From NCBI GenBank assembly GCA_965242965.1, contig OZ251518.1, forward strand, positions 1,856,001 to 1,920,000: a DNA stretch of 64,000 nt, given 5' to 3'. Positions 28,201 through 38,957 of the stretch are shown here, one piece after another. A program made the translations under genes and the position numbers. The notes under the pieces were generated by a model that was not told the DNA's origin, made no database searches, and saw nothing but the letters and a program-made list of their open reading frames with translations. This DNA is from Candidatus Poribacteria bacterium. Lineage in GTDB: Bacteria; Poribacteria; WGA-4E; WGA-3G. The stretch's first letter is position 1; every line of letters starts with the position of its first letter.

Positions 28201-29229
28201 TTATCGGCCTCCCCGGTCTCGCCTATTTTTTCGCTGCATCTTTTGAACGATCCGATTATGTTCACGGATTGTTTTCGAGAAGTGATGCTTTCCTTCGCCT
28301 ATCGCCATGAAAAAGAAGTAGTCTGTCTTTTCTGGTTGCAGTGCCGCCCGAATTGAAGCGAGACCGGGATTACATATCGCTCCCGGTGGCAACCCCTTAT
28401 GCTGATACGTATTGTAAGGCGAATCCACTTTCCAATCTGCCCTGGTGAGCAGGCGTTCAGGGTTACCGAGCGCGTAAGCCACCGTCGGGTCTGCGTTCAA
28501 CAGCCAGTTGTGCTTGAGTCGGTTATGGAAAACACTCGCAATTCTCGGCCGCTCTGAAGCAGTGCCAGCCTCTTTCTCAATGATGGATGCCAAGATGATA
28601 ATTTCGTGCCTTGTGAATTTCTTGTTTCCTACCTCAACCTCGTCCAACCCGCCTGCCGCTTCGTCCCACTGCCGGTTGAATTCTGCCAGCATCATCTCGA
28701 CAACCGTATCTGCACCGGTGCCTTTCGCGAACTTGTAGGTATTCGGAAAAAGATAGCCTTCAGCGGTTTCCTGTTTTTCCAAAAACTCCGGTGACGTAGT
28801 TGCCGCGAGGAATTCCGCTGCCGTGCCAAAGCCAGCGGTTTCCCAAAGTTCTGCGATAGCAATTGTGGTGAGTCCCTCTGGTACTGTCCAACTCTCCAAA
28901 GTGACATATCCTTTTTGCAGTTCATCTAAGATTTGCATTAAGGACATATTCCGCCGCAGTTGATAACTGCCAGCTTTTAACTGCGTGTCGGCACCTCGGT
29001 ATCGGAGGGCAATCCGAAAGGCGAGCTCACTCCGAATTAACCGCTCGGCGACTAGCTGCTTCGCGATTGTCCGCGAACTAGTTCCTGTCTGCACATTGAA
29101 GAGAACGACTTCGTCCCCACTTCCCCCAGGTGATGAGAGGTAATATCCTAGCAGGGAGCCACCGACAAGCAGCGCGATGCCGATGCACCCGAGTGTATAG
29201 AGGGAAAGTCGGCGCGCGGTTTTTCGCAT
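28201..29229 (-). CDS. mltG: Endolytic transglycosylase MltG
   Basis: TVPEG, EGYLFPNTY, LASIIEKE, SPYNTY..KGLPPGAICNPG. Confidence 0.95.
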   Translation of the reverse strand: MRKTARRLSLYTLGCIGIALLVGGSLLGYYLSSPGGSGDEVVLFNVQTGTSSRTIAKQLVAERLIRSELAFRIALRYRGADTQLKAGSYQLRRNMSLMQILDELQKGYVTLESWTVPEGLTTIAIAELWETAGFGTAAEFLAATTSPEFLEKQETAEGYLFPNTYKFAKGTGADTVVEMMLAEFNRQWDEAAGGLDEVEVGNKKFTRHEIIILASIIEKEAGTASERPRIASVFHNRLKHNWLLNADPTVAYALGNPERLLTRADWKVDSPYNTYQHKGLPPGAICNPGLASIRAALQPEKTDYFFFMAIGEGKHHFSKTIREHNRIVQKMQRKNRRDRGGR

Positions 29230-29661
29230 TTAACCTTTGTTCCCCTCTTTGCGCTGACGCTCCAGATACTCGCTGAGGATAATCGTCGCGGCAACCTGGT
29301 CGATGATATCCTTCTGCTCTTTGGAATTTTTGTTCAGTTCACGCAGAACATCTTCCGCTTCAACAGTAGTGAACCGTTCGTCCCAAAATTCAATAGGCAC
29401 CTTGATAACCTTGCCTAGGCGTTGGGCGAACTTTTGCACGCTCCGCGCCTGCGTTCCGATAGTGCCGTCAAGCGAGATAGGTAACCCGATGATGACGCGT
29501 TCAACTTTGTGGATAGAAACCAGGTCAGAAATTGCCACCAGATCTACCTGTCGATTTTTGCGTGTCAGGGTGCATAACGGATGCGCGGCGATGCCGAGTT
29601 CGTCGCTGCGCGCCACGCCGATGCGTGCATCGCCGACATCCAATCCAAGTAAAACTCCCAT
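29230..29661 (-). CDS. ruvX: Holliday junction resolvase-like RuvX/YqgF
   Basis: GLDVGDARIGVA.SD, IGLP, WDERFTT, DQVAA. Confidence 0.95.
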   Translation of the reverse strand: MGVLLGLDVGDARIGVARSDELGIAAHPLCTLTRKNRQVDLVAISDLVSIHKVERVIIGLPISLDGTIGTQARSVQKFAQRLGKVIKVPIEFWDERFTTVEAEDVLRELNKNSKEQKDIIDQVAATIILSEYLERQRKEGNKG

Positions 29662-29810
29662 AATCGTGCCTCTTTTTCGTATGTCCTAGCCATGGTTTGA
29701 CGTTGTCAAAACTTGCATAGTTTTCAAACTTAGCCAAGGTGCCGGTGCCCAGTGCGTTAGCGGAAACGCAGGTGGGGCCGCCTTGAACCGAACGCTTGGT
29801 GACATCTACT

Positions 29811-31583
29811 TTAGAACCGTCCTGAACGGATGATAGAAATAACTAACCCGAATCCGAAGAACGTAGCGGTAGCGTAGCCCATAATGCCGAGGAAAAACTT
29901 CCATTCCCAGAGTGCAGCGTTTTGTAGGATAAACGACGAACCGATGATGAGAGAGGCGATAATGAGACTGAACGCGACCCGGTTGATGCCCCGGTCAAAC
30001 GCCTTCAGGGCTGCTTCAAGGCTGAGATGTTCCAATTCAAACTTGAGGGAACCGCGCTGTAACTTTTGCAAGATGCGGCGCAGTTGCAGCGGCAGATCTC
30101 GGGCCAATTCGGTGAAATCTTCTCCTGAATCGGCGAACCGCCGGGCCCACCGGGCTGCATGTCGCTCTTGCGCGAGGAACTGCGCGAGAAACGGCTGACT
30201 GAATTCCAAGATATTGAAACCCGGGTCCAGTTTCATGACAGCCGATTCCACGGTTGCAACCGTCTTGCTAAGCATGAGAAACGCCGGCGGCACATGGATC
30301 TGATGCCGCAGCGATGCGTTAAATACCTCGTGAATTACCTCGCCGATGCGGTGTCTATCCGGCGGCATGGTGAAGTAACGTTCCAAAAAATCGTGCATCT
30401 CTAGTTTGAGCGCAGCGATGTCGGTTTCATCACCAAGGATGCCCATCCGAATGTAACTTCGGACGATGGTATCCACATCGCGGGTGAGAACTGCGCCAAG
30501 CCACGTGCAGATGTGTTGCAGCATGTCATCGCTAATCCTGCCTACCATTCCAAAATCGACGAGTCCGATTCTGCTATCTTCTAAAACGAAGACGTTCCCC
30601 GGGTGCGGGTCCGCGTGAAAATAGCCATCGCCGAGGACTTGCGCATAAAACAACTCGACAAGCGTCTCGGCGAGTTGCCCCCGGTCAAACCCCTTTTCGT
30701 CTAACTGCGCGACCGCGTCGATGGGAATCCCGTCAATCCGTTCGACTGTCAAGACGCGTCGATTCGTGAATTCCCAATGGACTTTAGGAATCTTCACCTG
30801 TGCGGAATCTGCGAACCGGTGATAAAAGGCATCCGTATTCGCCGCTTCCAGCGTAAAATCAATCTCCTTCTGAATGGAACGCGAAAATTCGCGAACGAGC
30901 TCTGTCGGTTTGAAGAGATGGCTTTCCGGGCTGTGGTTTTCAAGCCGTTCTGCTAACTCCATCAAGAGACTCAGGTCTGTCTGAATTATCGCTGCGACGC
31001 GCGGGCGTTGCACTTTCACAACGACCGGCTCGTTATCCGCCAATGTTGCGGCATGCACCTGCGCGATTGATGCCGCCGCGAACGGCTGCTGTGCGAAGGT
31101 TGCGAATACCTCCTCAAGCGGCTTCTTGAATTCTTGTTCTATCGTCGCTCGGACTTCGTCAAAATCGAAGGGTTGTGCATGCCGCTGTAATTTTTGGAAC
31201 TCGGTAATCCACGCCAACGCCTCTTCCTGTCCGACGATTTCGGAGAGGATGTCCACCCGCGTGCTCAGCACCTGTCCTAATTTAATAAAGGTCGGTCCTA
31301 ACTCTTCAAATGCGAGCCGCAGGCGTTCTGGGACAGAAATGAGCGGTACCGGGACGCTTTCATCGCCTTGGTTGCGCGTTCTGCGGAGTCGCCACCACTT
31401 CCGTTTGGCGGTGCCTTCCTGCACTCTCCGCGCGAGCCCTCTTCCGAATCCGAAGCGGGTTGTGCGTCCCCGGCCAAAGATTTGCGAGATGATGTGTCCA
31501 AAGCCGTGCCGTGCGAAGACGCTAATAATTTCGGGCAAGCGTTTTGCACTTTTAAGTTTGCGGTTGAGGTTCAGAATTGGCAT
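29811..31583 (-). CDS. AarF/UbiB (ABC1) family kinase-like protein
   Basis: LGPTFIKLGQ, AAASIAQVH, VVKVQRP, FHADPHPGN, DFGMVG; C-terminal TMs. Confidence 0.92.
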   Translation of the reverse strand: MPILNLNRKLKSAKRLPEIISVFARHGFGHIISQIFGRGRTTRFGFGRGLARRVQEGTAKRKWWRLRRTRNQGDESVPVPLISVPERLRLAFEELGPTFIKLGQVLSTRVDILSEIVGQEEALAWITEFQKLQRHAQPFDFDEVRATIEQEFKKPLEEVFATFAQQPFAAASIAQVHAATLADNEPVVVKVQRPRVAAIIQTDLSLLMELAERLENHSPESHLFKPTELVREFSRSIQKEIDFTLEAANTDAFYHRFADSAQVKIPKVHWEFTNRRVLTVERIDGIPIDAVAQLDEKGFDRGQLAETLVELFYAQVLGDGYFHADPHPGNVFVLEDSRIGLVDFGMVGRISDDMLQHICTWLGAVLTRDVDTIVRSYIRMGILGDETDIAALKLEMHDFLERYFTMPPDRHRIGEVIHEVFNASLRHQIHVPPAFLMLSKTVATVESAVMKLDPGFNILEFSQPFLAQFLAQERHAARWARRFADSGEDFTELARDLPLQLRRILQKLQRGSLKFELEHLSLEAALKAFDRGINRVAFSLIIASLIIGSSFILQNAALWEWKFFLGIMGYATATFFGFGLVISIIRSGRF

Positions 31584-31683
31584 AACGGACTTTCCATCTT
31601 TCCATAGACGCGCGCTGTTTCAGAGTTTTCTACCCTACTCTTTAAATTTTAGCATGAAAAGGAAAATAGAGTCAAGAAAAAAT

Positions 31684-31713
31684 TTGACTTTACCGAGAGG
31701 AATGTGATATAAT
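31684..31713 (+). promoter_or_regulatory. sigma-70 promoter
   Basis: TTGACT-18 nt-TATAAT with TG extension. Confidence 0.65.
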
Positions 31714-31739
31714 AAAAAAACAACACGGAGCAACACCCT

Positions 31740-33389
31740 ATGGAAAAACGACAAACACGAACTTTTGAAACGCGCGGGCCGGTGATGCCTGAACGGAACT
31801 ACGTCGTTCAGCGCGGTGAAGAGCTCGCCGATTTTATCAACCGCGTCAAACTGGGACGTTACATCGTCCTCTTTGCGCCACGTCAGACAGGGAAGACGAC
31901 GTTCTTCCGCACGGCGATGCGGACGCTATCGGCAGCAGAGCCGGTTTATTTCCCGGTCCAACTCAATTTTGAACGGTATGAAGGCTGGCCGCTGCAGGAG
32001 TTTTACCGCGACTTCTACGAAAGAGTCCACGAGCAAATCGAATACGTTTTCCACACCCGCGGCAGCGCGCTACCTGAAGCGTTAACCCGTTTTTTGGAGA
32101 GCCAACCTCCTAACGGCAATCAGTTCACGCTGTTCAAATTCTTCAAAGAATTGGGGCGTTTGCTGGACGGACAGCGAGTGGTGCTTGTCATTGACGAGTT
32201 TGATGGAATCCCCCGCGACGCGCTTCCAGGGTTCCTGCATACCCTTCGTGACATTTACCTCACCAAGGATTTCGCGACACCGTGCCCTTACAGCGTCGGC
32301 ATCGTCGGCATCAAGGGCATCACGCAGCTCAACTATGACAGGACTATCTCGCCGTTCAACATCCAAGACGAGTTCCATTTGCGGAATTTCACACCGCCGC
32401 AGGTGCAGGAACTCTTTGGACAGTATACCGATGAAGTCGGACAAGCTTTCGCGCCGGAGGTGATTGAGACGCTGCATCGTCAGACAGCGGGGCAGCCGTT
32501 CCTCGTCAACCGTCTCGCGCAGATACTCACGGAGGAGATACGCGTTCCGAAGACAGAAACGATTACCCACTCGCACTTCGCGGCAGCGCACACGGCACTG
32601 CTAAAGGAAGACAACACCAATTTTGCTCATCTGACTGCTAATATCCGGAGAAATCCACGATTTGAAAGCATCTTGATGCAAATTGCCTCTTCTGAGAAAG
32701 GCATCCGTTTCAATAAACGCGATGAAGAGATGAAAGAACTCGTAACATCCGGTGTCATCGCAGAAGGTGCCGATGGACAATGTGTGATTGTCAACCCGAT
32801 TTATCAGGCGTGCATTATGGAAGCGTTCCAGCCACTGTTTAATGGCTTGGAGCGGGACTACCTCCCCGAAGACACGCATGCCGGTTTTCTAGATTACCTC
32901 ACGCCGGAGGGGCATCTGGATATGGTATCGCTATTGGATAACTTCCGCGATTTTATTGCGCGCATCGGGTTTCGCATCCTGCAAGTCCCAGAAATTCCCA
33001 GAGAATCTGTGGGACAGCACCTTCTGGCAACGTATCTGGGCGGTTTTGTGCACATCGTGGGCGCGAACATGTATCTTGAAGTGCCAACAGGCCGCGGCAG
33101 GACAGATCTCGTCATCCTCCACAAGGAGCGAAAGTATATCGTTGAACTGAAGTTGTGGGGTGGTGCCGGGTTATATGAAGCCGGGAAGCAGCAACTCGCC
33201 GCCTACCTGAAATTAGAGGGGGCCGTGGAGGGATACTACGTCGTGTTCGATCATCGGGCGGCACCGGAACCGCGGACAGAAACCGAAATGATAGACGGCT
33301 CGCGCATTCGGAGTTATGTTATCCGGGTGGTACAAGAGCGGCCCTCAGATTTAGCGGAGGAAGAAAGCGGATATAATAGATTCGTTTAG
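31740..33389 (+). CDS. AAA-like P-loop NTPase with a C-terminal PD-(D/E)xK-like domain
   Basis: APRQTGKTT Walker A; LVIDEFD Walker B; GQPFLVN; GRGRTDLVI...IVELK. Confidence 0.8.
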   Translation: MEKRQTRTFETRGPVMPERNYVVQRGEELADFINRVKLGRYIVLFAPRQTGKTTFFRTAMRTLSAAEPVYFPVQLNFERYEGWPLQEFYRDFYERVHEQIEYVFHTRGSALPEALTRFLESQPPNGNQFTLFKFFKELGRLLDGQRVVLVIDEFDGIPRDALPGFLHTLRDIYLTKDFATPCPYSVGIVGIKGITQLNYDRTISPFNIQDEFHLRNFTPPQVQELFGQYTDEVGQAFAPEVIETLHRQTAGQPFLVNRLAQILTEEIRVPKTETITHSHFAAAHTALLKEDNTNFAHLTANIRRNPRFESILMQIASSEKGIRFNKRDEEMKELVTSGVIAEGADGQCVIVNPIYQACIMEAFQPLFNGLERDYLPEDTHAGFLDYLTPEGHLDMVSLLDNFRDFIARIGFRILQVPEIPRESVGQHLLATYLGGFVHIVGANMYLEVPTGRGRTDLVILHKERKYIVELKLWGGAGLYEAGKQQLAAYLKLEGAVEGYYVVFDHRAAPEPRTETEMIDGSRIRSYVIRVVQERPSDLAEEESGYNRFV

Positions 33390-33560
33390 ACACTCATTCC
33401 CCGCGGGTAAGGCGCGGTTTAAATCCGCGCTAGAATCCCCGGTAGGAGAGCCCTCCCGGTCTTGATGAATTCGGACTACCTCAACCAGAGAGAACGAAAC
33501 CGTTTTGGATTTGCATACATTTTGTGAGTGTGGTATCCTAAACGGAAGGAGGCATTGAAA

Positions 33561-34208
33561 ATGAAAAATCTAAAGGAAATAGCGTCCCAATTCCGCGAGG
33601 AAGTCCATACGTTTTTGGACATCAAAGCGCAAATGGCGAAATCTGGGATTGTGAAAACCATCGACGATATGAAAGCACGGCTCGCGGCGGGGAAAGAACT
33701 CGTTGCCGCGGCGATGGCAGAAGAGGAACGGTTGAAGCGCGCTTACCAAGAGGCTGTCACGGCTGCGCAGGCCTGGGGAGAAAAGGCAGATGCCGCCCTG
33801 AAAAAGGGACAAACCGCACTCGCACGCGAGGCGTTACAGCAACAGCAGAAAAGTCTTGCGTACCTCGCGCGCCTCCAAGAGCAGCTTGAAACGCAGAAAG
33901 GGGTAGTCGTGAACCTCAAAGCCACCCTGCAGGAATACTATCGGCAATTCCAGAACGCCGTGGAACGCGCCGACTTCTTGCAAACGCGTCAAAAACAAGC
34001 GGCGACGCGCGTGGATTTCTACCAAATTTTCAACAGAAATCCGGAAGAAGCCGTTTTTAAGGAGGCAGAACAGCAGGTGAAGGAGACAGAGGCGCAAGCC
34101 GACTCCCTTCAGAACGCCGATGCAGCACCGAAGCATTCTTCCGAAGGCGGCAAGCAAAATGTAGATGCCGCGCTCGCGCAACTCAAAGACGACGTTTTGA
34201 GGAAATGA
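33561..34208 (+). CDS. PspA/IM30 family coiled-coil protein
   Basis: AAGGAGG RBS; W..KA..AL.KG...LAREAL; C-terminal VDAALAQLK. Confidence 0.75.
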   Translation: MKNLKEIASQFREEVHTFLDIKAQMAKSGIVKTIDDMKARLAAGKELVAAAMAEEERLKRAYQEAVTAAQAWGEKADAALKKGQTALAREALQQQQKSLAYLARLQEQLETQKGVVVNLKATLQEYYRQFQNAVERADFLQTRQKQAATRVDFYQIFNRNPEEAVFKEAEQQVKETEAQADSLQNADAAPKHSSEGGKQNVDAALAQLKDDVLRK

Positions 34209-34954
34209 TTCAGACAACGCATCTCACAAAATACTTCGGGAAGTTGTGCGCGGTAGATAGTCTGACGCTGCAGGTGGCGGCGGGCGAAATTTTCGGGTTC
34301 CTCGGTCCGAACGGTGCGGGCAAAACGACGACGATTAACATACTGACAGGCTTGCTCCAGCCGACATCCGGCACCGCAACCCTCGACGGTTACGACATCC
34401 AGACGCAGAGTCTCCAAGCGAAAGCCATCCTTGGATTGATGCCCGATACGCCGCAAATCTATGAGACGTTGACTGGCAGGCAGTTCGTCCGTCTCGTCGC
34501 CGATTTGTATGAGGTGCCGCCGCAGCAATCCGATAATGAGATGGAGGCGTTGCTCGTGCAGTTGGAACTCGCCGATGCCGCCGATGAACTGATTAAGAGC
34601 TATTCCTACGGCATGCAGAAGAAGATTTTGCTCATCTCGGTGTTGGTGCATCACCCGCGCATCCTGTTTTTAGATGAACCGACGAGTGGACTTGACCCGA
34701 GGAGCGCGCGCACCGTCAGGGAGATTCTGCGAGAACGGTGTGAACAAGGATGCACTGTCTTCTTGACAACGCACATCCTTGAAATCGCTGAGCGGCTCTG
34801 TGACAGGGTGGGGATTATCAACAAAGGACAACTTATCGCCAGCGGCACGTTAAGCGAGTTGCAAGCGCAGAAGGATAGTCGGCGTGAACACCCAATAGCG
34901 AATCCTACGGCAACGCTTGAGGATATTTTCCTCGCGTTAACAGAAGAAACATGA
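34205..34954 (+). CDS. ABC-2 type exporter ATP-binding protein
   Basis: GPNGAGKTT, YSYGMQKK, LDEPTSGLD, TTH. Confidence 0.95.
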   Translation: MIQTTHLTKYFGKLCAVDSLTLQVAAGEIFGFLGPNGAGKTTTINILTGLLQPTSGTATLDGYDIQTQSLQAKAILGLMPDTPQIYETLTGRQFVRLVADLYEVPPQQSDNEMEALLVQLELADAADELIKSYSYGMQKKILLISVLVHHPRILFLDEPTSGLDPRSARTVREILRERCEQGCTVFLTTHILEIAERLCDRVGIINKGQLIASGTLSELQAQKDSRREHPIANPTATLEDIFLALTEET

Positions 34955-35013
34955 CAAGATGTCGAGAGCGGGAGGGCTATCCTACCGATTTTCCTCGCGT
35001 TAACGGAAGAAAC

Positions 35014-36627
35014 ATGACACCGATGACACTCCTGCTCCGCGCGGGTTGGCAAGGATGGCTCAACAACCTGAAACGCGGGCGTGACGCACGACAGAAACTC
35101 CTCTTAAAATGGGTAGGGTATCTCATTCTCATCGGCGCGCTGTCCCTATTAGGCACGTCTCTCTTCGCGCACCTGCGGTTGTCTGGGGCATCGCCTGCTG
35201 TTGTGTTCCGCGCAATCAACGGGTTCATGATTTTCGGCATCATCATCGTTGCGCGAGACTTGATGGAGAACTCGCTGAAATTTCTGTATGAGGCACCCGA
35301 TAGCGTGCTACTCCGCGCCATGCCGATAACACCGGGAGCGATTTTCGGGTTCAAGTTTGTCCACCTCACCACGAGCCGATTTTTGAGCCTGTTCTGCTTT
35401 TTGGGGCCACCGTGGATAGCATTTGGGCTGATGTTTCAGCTGCCGTGGCACTATTACGTTGCGTTTATGCCAGCATGCGCATGCTTTCTCGTCCTCATCG
35501 CGAGTCATGTCACCATTGGCATGATGATAGTCGCGCGTTTTTTTTCAACGGGAGGGCTCCTCTCTGCACTCAAAATACTCGGCGCAGTGATAGGCGTGGC
35601 ACTCGGCTTCCTCATCTCGTTGACATTCTTCTTCCAATTTGAGGCGATGTCAGTGAAACGATTCCTGCTGGAGTGGGTATCCGCTGGAAATGCGGACGCG
35701 GAACCTGCCGCATGGTATCCGTATCAATGGATGGGCCAGTTAATGTTCAGCTGGGTGACAGGCGCGGGCATCAAATGGGGAACGCTGCTGCTCGGCGGCA
35801 GCCTCGGTTCCGCGGGCATTGCAACGCTTATCGCGACGCAAATTTACACACGGGGATGGGAGAATCTCCGGCAAAGCGCACCGAAAAGAACCCGCACCTG
35901 GGGACGAACGAATGCCACTGCCACATTGCGATTTCCTATGATGCGCGGAAAAATACGCGCGCTGATGGGAAAGGACTTCATCGTCTTCATCAAGCACAGG
36001 GGCCGCTTTGTCGGGATTGCCATGCTCACGCTGTTTTTGGTGATGCACCTCGGCATCTTACTCGCGCAAGGCAACACCGGGGATACGAAGGATGCCGCTG
36101 TCTTCGGCATTCAGATTATGCTTTACAGCACGCTGATTACCTTTGGCTTGAGTTGCAACGGGTTTCGCGAGGAGGCGAAAACGTGGTGGCTGCTGAAAAC
36201 CGCGCCTGTCACCCCCGAATTGGCATGGACGAGCAAATTCCTGACAGCCCTCCTCTTCGCGCTGATTTACGCTGAAGTCTGTCTGTTCATCGCTATGATG
36301 CTGCTCCAAACCCCGCGCGACGCGTGGGCATCGCTGCTACTGATACCCATTTTGACGCTCACCACGGTAACGGCGGTGAACACCGCAGTCGGCACATTAC
36401 CGTGGATGGCGGAATTGCCAAACGCACGAAACCCGCTGTTGCGATTCTTCACCTACATATTCGCCATTCTTATTGATATGGTGCTTGTCATTGCACCGAT
36501 GCTAGCATGGCATCTCGCGGGTGTGGCGTGGTTTGTCGGGATAATGGTGCTGTGTCTCGGCGGATTTGGCATCGCTTATAGATTAGGCGTGCGGAATCTC
36601 CGGAAGTTGTTGGCGGCACAAGCGTAA
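35014..36627 (+). CDS. Putative ABC exporter permease
   Basis: ~12 hydrophobic segments; follows the ATPase; alternative in-frame start at 34951 arises from a local duplication. Confidence 0.75.
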   Translation: MTPMTLLLRAGWQGWLNNLKRGRDARQKLLLKWVGYLILIGALSLLGTSLFAHLRLSGASPAVVFRAINGFMIFGIIIVARDLMENSLKFLYEAPDSVLLRAMPITPGAIFGFKFVHLTTSRFLSLFCFLGPPWIAFGLMFQLPWHYYVAFMPACACFLVLIASHVTIGMMIVARFFSTGGLLSALKILGAVIGVALGFLISLTFFFQFEAMSVKRFLLEWVSAGNADAEPAAWYPYQWMGQLMFSWVTGAGIKWGTLLLGGSLGSAGIATLIATQIYTRGWENLRQSAPKRTRTWGRTNATATLRFPMMRGKIRALMGKDFIVFIKHRGRFVGIAMLTLFLVMHLGILLAQGNTGDTKDAAVFGIQIMLYSTLITFGLSCNGFREEAKTWWLLKTAPVTPELAWTSKFLTALLFALIYAEVCLFIAMMLLQTPRDAWASLLLIPILTLTTVTAVNTAVGTLPWMAELPNARNPLLRFFTYIFAILIDMVLVIAPMLAWHLAGVAWFVGIMVLCLGGFGIAYRLGVRNLRKLLAAQA

Positions 36628-36725
36628 CAGGAAAGACGCACAGGAAAAACGCAAAGGTTTCATGAATCTTCTATCAGTTCTGGTTAAATTGAACGGGCGA
36701 ATAGAGGACAGGATAACGCAAAACT

Positions 36726-37247
36726 ATGTTGATTGAATATGAAGGGATAACGCCAAAGGTGCATGACTCTGTTTTCGTCGCGCCGGGTGCGATGCTCATC
36801 GGCGATGTGACGATTGGCGAAGAATCAAGCGTCTGGTTTAACTGCGTGCTCCGCGGCGATTTAGAGCCTATTCGCATTGGATGCCGCACCAACGTTCAGG
36901 ACGGTGCCGTTATCCACATGGACAAAGAGATGCCCTGTCTCATCGGCGATGACGTTACCATCGGGCACGGTGCGATTCTCCACAGCTGCATCATCAGCAA
37001 TGATGCACTTATTGGCATGGGCGCGATTCTACTGAGCGGTTCGGTGATTGGCGAGCGCGCCATTGTCGCCGCGGGCGCACTGGTGCGCGAAGGACAGGAA
37101 ATTCCACCGGATGCCCTCGCGATGGGCGTGCCGGCGAAGGTTGTGCGCGAGGTAACGGCGGCTGAACTAGAACGCGTCCGAATCGGCAAGGATGACTATG
37201 TCTCACGCGCACGCCAGATGCAAAAAGCGCGTCTGTCGGATAAATAA
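36726..37247 (+). CDS. Gamma carbonic anhydrase family protein
   Basis: IGDVTIG...LRGD...NVQDG..IH...IGHGAILH. Confidence 0.9.
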   Translation: MLIEYEGITPKVHDSVFVAPGAMLIGDVTIGEESSVWFNCVLRGDLEPIRIGCRTNVQDGAVIHMDKEMPCLIGDDVTIGHGAILHSCIISNDALIGMGAILLSGSVIGERAIVAAGALVREGQEIPPDALAMGVPAKVVREVTAAELERVRIGKDDYVSRARQMQKARLSDK

Positions 37248-37316
37248 TGGACACGGGCGGCGCGAGACAGCCGTCCTTACACGCAGGAATGTGTGCGTAA
37301 CTTGACAGGAGAAACT

Positions 37317-38357
37317 ATGGCTAAAAAAACATGTTTGATGATTGGCGGTAGCGGCATGGCCGGCGGCTGGATAAACAATTGGACTCGCAATTTCAGCGAC
37401 GAGGTGCAAATTGTCGGCGTGGCAGATGTCAATACCGACGTGTTAGCGGCACAAGGCGAAGCGTTAGGGTTGAGTCAATCGCAACTCTTCACCGATTTCA
37501 ACGAGGCGTGCGCCACGGTGAAGGCGGACTTCTGTGGGGTTGCTACACCACCACAATTCCACAGCCCGGCTGCAATCGCCGCCATGGAAAACGGCATGCC
37601 GGTAATCTGCGAGAAACCCATCGCCGATACGCTGGATGCCGCCAAAGCGATGGTGCGCACCGCGCAGAAAACGGGGTTGCCGTGCGCGATTATCCAAAAT
37701 TACCGATACGCCGATAACAAGCAGGAACTCGTTCGCATCCGAGACGAAGGCAGATTGGGACGACTCCAGCATATCGTCGGACGCTACGCCTGCGATTACC
37801 GCCGCTATCTCTCCTGGGGCAAAGCGTGGCGGCATGACATGGATTTCGGGCTGCTCTTTGAGGGCTCTGTGCATCACCTTGACATGCTACGCTTTCTCTC
37901 CGGTGGCGACTGCGAGACGCTCATCGGGTTCGGCTGGAATCCACCCTGGTCAAGTTTTCAGCACTACTCCAGCGGTTTCTACGTTATGCGGATGGACAAC
38001 GGTGTCCACACCTCCTACGAGGGAAACAGTTCCGCCGCTGGCATCGTCAACTGCTGGAATCAGGAGTATTATCGCGCAGAGTTTGAGGAAGGTGCCGTTG
38101 AAATCGCGGGCGGAAACCAGATGACTCTCCATCGCGTCGGCGGCGAAACCGAAGTCTACGAGGCACCGGCGATTCCTTATTACGCGCATCAGCATCTGTT
38201 CCACGAATTCCTCAATTGGCTGGATGGCGGCGAACCTTCTGATACGCGGATTGAGGATAATATCAAAAGTTTCGTCCTCGTCATCGCCGCAATGGAGACA
38301 ACGCTTGACGGGCAACCGAAGCACATCGCGGACTATTTGGGTGACTTGTCACTTTAA
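37317..38357 (+). CDS. Gfo/Idh/MocA oxidoreductase
   Basis: GGSGMA, ATPPQFH, CEKP, SVHHLD; AGGAG RBS. Confidence 0.85.
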   Translation: MAKKTCLMIGGSGMAGGWINNWTRNFSDEVQIVGVADVNTDVLAAQGEALGLSQSQLFTDFNEACATVKADFCGVATPPQFHSPAAIAAMENGMPVICEKPIADTLDAAKAMVRTAQKTGLPCAIIQNYRYADNKQELVRIRDEGRLGRLQHIVGRYACDYRRYLSWGKAWRHDMDFGLLFEGSVHHLDMLRFLSGGDCETLIGFGWNPPWSSFQHYSSGFYVMRMDNGVHTSYEGNSSAAGIVNCWNQEYYRAEFEEGAVEIAGGNQMTLHRVGGETEVYEAPAIPYYAHQHLFHEFLNWLDGGEPSDTRIEDNIKSFVLVIAAMETTLDGQPKHIADYLGDLSL

Positions 38358-38413
38358 CCAGATATCTGTTTGTCAGGGCGGATGGCTCTATCCGCCCACA
38401 TTCTGGGAAAACC

Positions 38414-38707
38414 ATGCACAACATACCCCCAGAACTGCCGCGCGTCCTTGAAGACATCCCCGAAGCCGAGCAGCGCGCCTTGCTTGAAAAGTTGGCACAT
38501 TGGATTGTGCGGCGGCAACTCACCGCGCCTGCCATTCTCTTCTTGGAGACAGGGAAGCCGCTTAATTTTCTGGGCAGTCAACTGATGCTCGCCTTCAGTC
38601 CGTTTGTCCAAGCGTTCTTCAAAGGCGAACAATACCACAAATTGGCTCTCATCCTTGAAAAAGATGAAAATGTTGAGATGCTGATACAACTCATCGAAAA
38701 GGCATAG
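38414..38707 (+). CDS. Hypothetical small protein
   Basis: 97-aa ORF on the operon strand; no motif recognised. Confidence 0.6.
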   Translation: MHNIPPELPRVLEDIPEAEQRALLEKLAHWIVRRQLTAPAILFLETGKPLNFLGSQLMLAFSPFVQAFFKGEQYHKLALILEKDENVEMLIQLIEKA

Positions 38708-38957
38708 AAATTTTTGTTTAGAACGCACGCCGTTTTTTTCCCGTAGCGCGGGGACCTGTCCTCAGCGAGCGTTGGAGTGCGACGACGATGGCGAGGGAAA
38801 CCCGCTCGCATGCGCGTATGGCATCCGAGGGCCCAAGCCCTACGATGAAGGGGCGGCGTGTTTTTTCACCGTAGCGCGGGGACAGGTCCCGCTACGTTGA
38901 GAGATTTAGGAAACACCCTAATCTAATTCCTATTGTTGCGCCTAAAGGAGAAAACCT

